Positions 60,831-64,000 of a DNA stretch of 64,000 bases are shown piece by piece (the stretch's first letter is position 1; every line of letters starts with the position of its first letter). Both the position numbers and the translations under genes were made by a program. Origin of the DNA: a phage; sequence record OZ335964.1. The stretch is one strand, 5' to 3'. The notes below the pieces were generated by a model, which searched no databases, was not told where the DNA came from, and saw nothing but the letters and a program-made list of their open reading frames with translations.

Positions 60831-62731
60831 CAAAGCAAAAGATTACACAAATTCCTGATATTTTTAATGCTGCTACATTCGATGAAATTAAAAGCGCATT
60901 AACAGACTGGATGAGAAACCAGGAAGAATTTAAAGATTTTGATTTTAATGGTGCTGGTATTAACGTATTGATGGACTTGCTCGCATATAATACCCTTTAT
61001 ATTCAGCAATTCGCCAACGCCGCGCTATATGAATCTTTTATCAGAACAGCAATTAAGCGTAGTTCCGTTGTTCAAGCCGCGCAAGATTTAGGATATTTGC
61101 CAGCGAGTAAAACTAGTGCATCAACTACTATTATGTTGCACGTATCACATCCGCGAAATCCGGCAAGTATTCGAATCCCACGAGGAACTAAATTTATTGC
61201 AAGTGTGGATCGCCAGACGTCTTATCCGTTTGTGACTACAGAAGACGTTGTGAGCGTTTTAGGTTCAAATGGTTTATATACGCCTATGCTTAAAGTCGCA
61301 CAAGGTCGTATTGTTCGTACAGAAATGTTATTTGATCCGAAGAAACAAATTCTGATCCGTGATCCTGATATTGACCGCGCTCAGGTTAAATTGTGGGTGG
61401 ATGGTGCTGAATGGAAAGACTGGACACGAGAAAGCATTGTTAATGCAACTGGTGCAAGCAATATTTTCTATATGCGTGAAACCGTAGACGGTCATACAGA
61501 AATTTTCTTTGGTGAAGGTGAATCAACTTTATCTGCTGCTGGCGGTGCACTGGAAGCAAATTATATTGGTGGACTTAAACCGTCAACTGGTGCTAATATT
61601 GTTATCGAATATATCAGCACTAAAGGCGCGGAAGCTAACGGATCTGTCAATTTCACATACGCGGATACCCTTGCATCCATCTCTATTGTTAAAATTATTG
61701 AGAATCCGACAAATGACCGTGATTATGTAGGTGCTGATGGTGGCGGTGATCCTGAATCAATCGAACGTATTCGTGAACTTGCTCCGGTAATGCGTGAATC
61801 TCAGCGTCGTTGTGTAACTGCTTCCGACTACGAGGCTTTTGTGTCTAGCCGTTTTGGTAGTATTGTTCAGGCGGTACAATGTTTCACCGACCGAGAAAAA
61901 CCGGGTTATGCTTTTGTTGCTGTTAAGCCTAAATCTGGCTTGCGCTTGACAACTGTTCAAAAAGAAGATATGCGGGATTATCTGGCAAAATATAATCTTG
62001 CTCCTATCACGCCGAGCATCATTGACCCTAACTATCTGTATATTAAACAGAATATTAAAGTTTCCTATTCAATCAATGACTTGTCAGAATCAGAGCAGTG
62101 GTTGCGCGGTGCGGTTATTGATCAGATTGATGCATATTATACCGACGAAGTGGAAATTTTTAACCAGACCTTTAGTAAGTCTAAAATGCTTGCGCGTATT
62201 GACAAAGCTGATGTATCTGTGATAGGTTCTAGTGCAGAAATCGAGATGGTGCGAGAGATCGACAACTTCTATAAAGCACCGATGGCTGGAATCAAGTTTT
62301 TAAACCAGTATAAGAGCGGAATCAAGTCTAGTTCATTCAACTTCGAAAAGGACGACAAGCAATATCCGATCCATTATGTAAGTACAGAAATGAACAAAGA
62401 ATCCGGTTTAGCTAAATTGCTGGTTGGACCTTTCCCTGTTGGTTCTACAATCGCTTTACCGCACTATTCCGGCACTGATTTTGATAAAGAGGTTATCGAC
62501 GGTGCGGACCTATACTTTGAGGTTGGAGAGGTTCAGCATTATGAAGACCTTATTTCATGGGATCTGGGTAAACTGAATATCAATAGCGATCGCTTTACTG
62601 GTTCATATATTGAGTTGACAGCTAAACCGATTGCTGATAACATCTTTACTAAAGACGGTTCTTTGATCGTGTTTGAAAACGATCTCCGTCCTCAGTACAC
62701 AACTATTAGTCTGGAGGCAATTGCTCAATGA
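60827..62731 (+). CDS. 6: baseplate wedge protein gp6
   Basis: 634 aa; long collinear matches to recalled T4 gp6 ([68 protein letters not shown]). Confidence 0.92.
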   Translation: MTKQKITQIPDIFNAATFDEIKSALTDWMRNQEEFKDFDFNGAGINVLMDLLAYNTLYIQQFANAALYESFIRTAIKRSSVVQAAQDLGYLPASKTSASTTIMLHVSHPRNPASIRIPRGTKFIASVDRQTSYPFVTTEDVVSVLGSNGLYTPMLKVAQGRIVRTEMLFDPKKQILIRDPDIDRAQVKLWVDGAEWKDWTRESIVNATGASNIFYMRETVDGHTEIFFGEGESTLSAAGGALEANYIGGLKPSTGANIVIEYISTKGAEANGSVNFTYADTLASISIVKIIENPTNDRDYVGADGGGDPESIERIRELAPVMRESQRRCVTASDYEAFVSSRFGSIVQAVQCFTDREKPGYAFVAVKPKSGLRLTTVQKEDMRDYLAKYNLAPITPSIIDPNYLYIKQNIKVSYSINDLSESEQWLRGAVIDQIDAYYTDEVEIFNQTFSKSKMLARIDKADVSVIGSSAEIEMVREIDNFYKAPMAGIKFLNQYKSGIKSSSFNFEKDDKQYPIHYVSTEMNKESGLAKLLVGPFPVGSTIALPHYSGTDFDKEVIDGADLYFEVGEVQHYEDLISWDLGKLNINSDRFTGSYIELTAKPIADNIFTKDGSLIVFENDLRPQYTTISLEAIAQ

Positions 62732-64000
62732 TTAAAGCGCCTAGTGTAACTAGCTTGACAATAGAAAAATTGTCTGCTAATCAGGCGTATATCACATGGG
62801 ATGACGTAGGCGAAAACTTCTTTTATTTTGTGGAGTTAGCCGAAACCAGAACACGAGACGGGGAGATCATCCCCGTCGATGAGTTAAGCTGGGTAAACCT
62901 GGGATATACTGCCGACCAAAACTGGTTTGAGGATAAAAACCTTTTTCCAGAATATTATTACAAGTTTCGTGTAGCAGTAGCCGCAGAAGGATTTGAACAA
63001 AGTAAATGGGTTGAGACAGAAGAGTTTCAGACATTTAAAACAAACGCATATAATTTTTCTATGATGCGAGAGTTCAACCTTGCAAACGAGTTTATAAAGG
63101 AAAAATTTACATACGATAATAGAGAGTATGTCAAGTTTAATACCGACCTTATTCAAGCATCATTGATGAAGGAAGATTTTGTCTTTAGTCCTGAATATGC
63201 AAACATGACAAATATCTCAAACTACATTGTAGTTGATGAGAACTTTCATGAAATACAGGACCACATAGAAAAAGTTTGTACTGATATAAACCGCACAATG
63301 TTAGCGGAAATGAACGGTGTTTTGTACCTTTTCGAACGGTTCCAGCCGATCGTGAAAGTGTCAAATGATAAAGGTCAATCATGGAAAGCATACAAGGCTT
63401 TTAATGATCGTGTAGGCAATCCGGTTTCCCGTACATGCGTTTATCAGTCTAAAACCACTACTTACGTTTTAGGATATGACCGAATCTTTTACGGACGACA
63501 AGCTAGCGATACTCGATGGAGCGCGGACGATGTTCGATTTAGTGATGATACGATCACTTTTGCAAAGGTTGGTGACGAGAACGATTTAGGCTTTGATGTT
63601 GAGGTATTTGGCGTATTTTCCAGATTAACAGGTGATACCACAAAATACGCCGAAGCTATGGCGTGTAGCGATGACTATTTGTGGGTTGGTGCTAAAGATG
63701 TTATTCGCCGGATTCGTCTTAAGAATACTCCGGTTGATACCGTTCAGGGTTCGCCTACGTTTGGCGAAAAAATATTCGATCCTGATGTTATCCGAGTAAC
63801 AGGAAATGATAAAGCTGTCATTCAGAAAATGGATGTAATCGACGGTAAATTGCTTGTATTTGTTACTGGTGAAGTTAAACAGCGTTATCAAGATCCAACT
63901 AAACCGGAAAACGTTGTTCCGTCAGATGATGCGGGTGTATACTTAATCGGGAGTGATGGTCTGTCTTTTCAGAGAGTATTTGGCAACACTCCGCAGGAAA
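62728..64000 (+). CDS. 7: baseplate wedge protein gp7, partial (3' end beyond window)
   Basis: ATG overlaps gp6 stop (ATGA); translation [45 protein letters not shown]... matches recalled T4 gp7 N-terminus; open to window end. Confidence 0.9.
   Translation, partial: MIKAPSVTSLTIEKLSANQAYITWDDVGENFFYFVELAETRTRDGEIIPVDELSWVNLGYTADQNWFEDKNLFPEYYYKFRVAVAAEGFEQSKWVETEEFQTFKTNAYNFSMMREFNLANEFIKEKFTYDNREYVKFNTDLIQASLMKEDFVFSPEYANMTNISNYIVVDENFHEIQDHIEKVCTDINRTMLAEMNGVLYLFERFQPIVKVSNDKGQSWKAYKAFNDRVGNPVSRTCVYQSKTTTYVLGYDRIFYGRQASDTRWSADDVRFSDDTITFAKVGDENDLGFDVEVFGVFSRLTGDTTKYAEAMACSDDYLWVGAKDVIRRIRLKNTPVDTVQGSPTFGEKIFDPDVIRVTGNDKAVIQKMDVIDGKLLVFVTGEVKQRYQDPTKPENVVPSDDAGVYLIGSDGLSFQRVFGNTPQE

Noticed and set aside
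58452-63891. Minus-strand and alternative-frame ORFs inside baseplate genes 5, 6 and 7 (58452..58646, 58612..58948, 59250..59501, 61509..62222, 62884..63891)
   Set aside because: They are embedded within long plus-strand structural genes whose translations match T4 gp5/gp6/gp7, so spurious.

Overview
This window is a 64-kb segment of a T4-like (Tevenvirinae-type) myophage genome. Positions 1-57541 are an almost unbroken array of minus-strand early genes; from 57597 the plus strand carries late baseplate genes. Recognised minus-strand genes, in coordinate order: primase 61 (partial), helicase 41, 40, uvsX, a DNA polymerase gene 43 split into two ORFs by an HNH-AP2 endonuclease gene, regA, clamp loader 62/44, clamp 45, recombination nuclease 46/47, late sigma factor 55, nrdH, nrdG, nrdD, endonuclease VII (49), nrdC, Dam methylase, rI, thymidine kinase, regB, a GrcA-like glycyl-radical cofactor, an M15 peptidase where T4 has lysozyme e, a 2H phosphoesterase (57B/Acb1-like), 57A, dNMP kinase (1), 3, 2 and 4. 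Plus-strand late genes are 53, 5, a 5.1-like ORF, 5.4 (PAAR), 6 and the start of 7. Between the conserved genes lie more than 60 small ORFs, three tandem paralog groups, a glycine-rich gp38-adhesin-like gene in an unexpected place, and at least 15 copies of a 60-75 bp promoter-hairpin-leader cassette resembling the PeSL elements described for RB49-group phages. No glucosyltransferase or dCMP hydroxymethylase gene is seen at the T4-syntenic loci. No tRNA, rRNA or CRISPR array was recognised. All calls rest on reading the supplied translations and sequence by eye and on recalled T4 protein sequences and gene order; no database search was run. Coordinates of hand-derived elements may be off by 1-2 nt.
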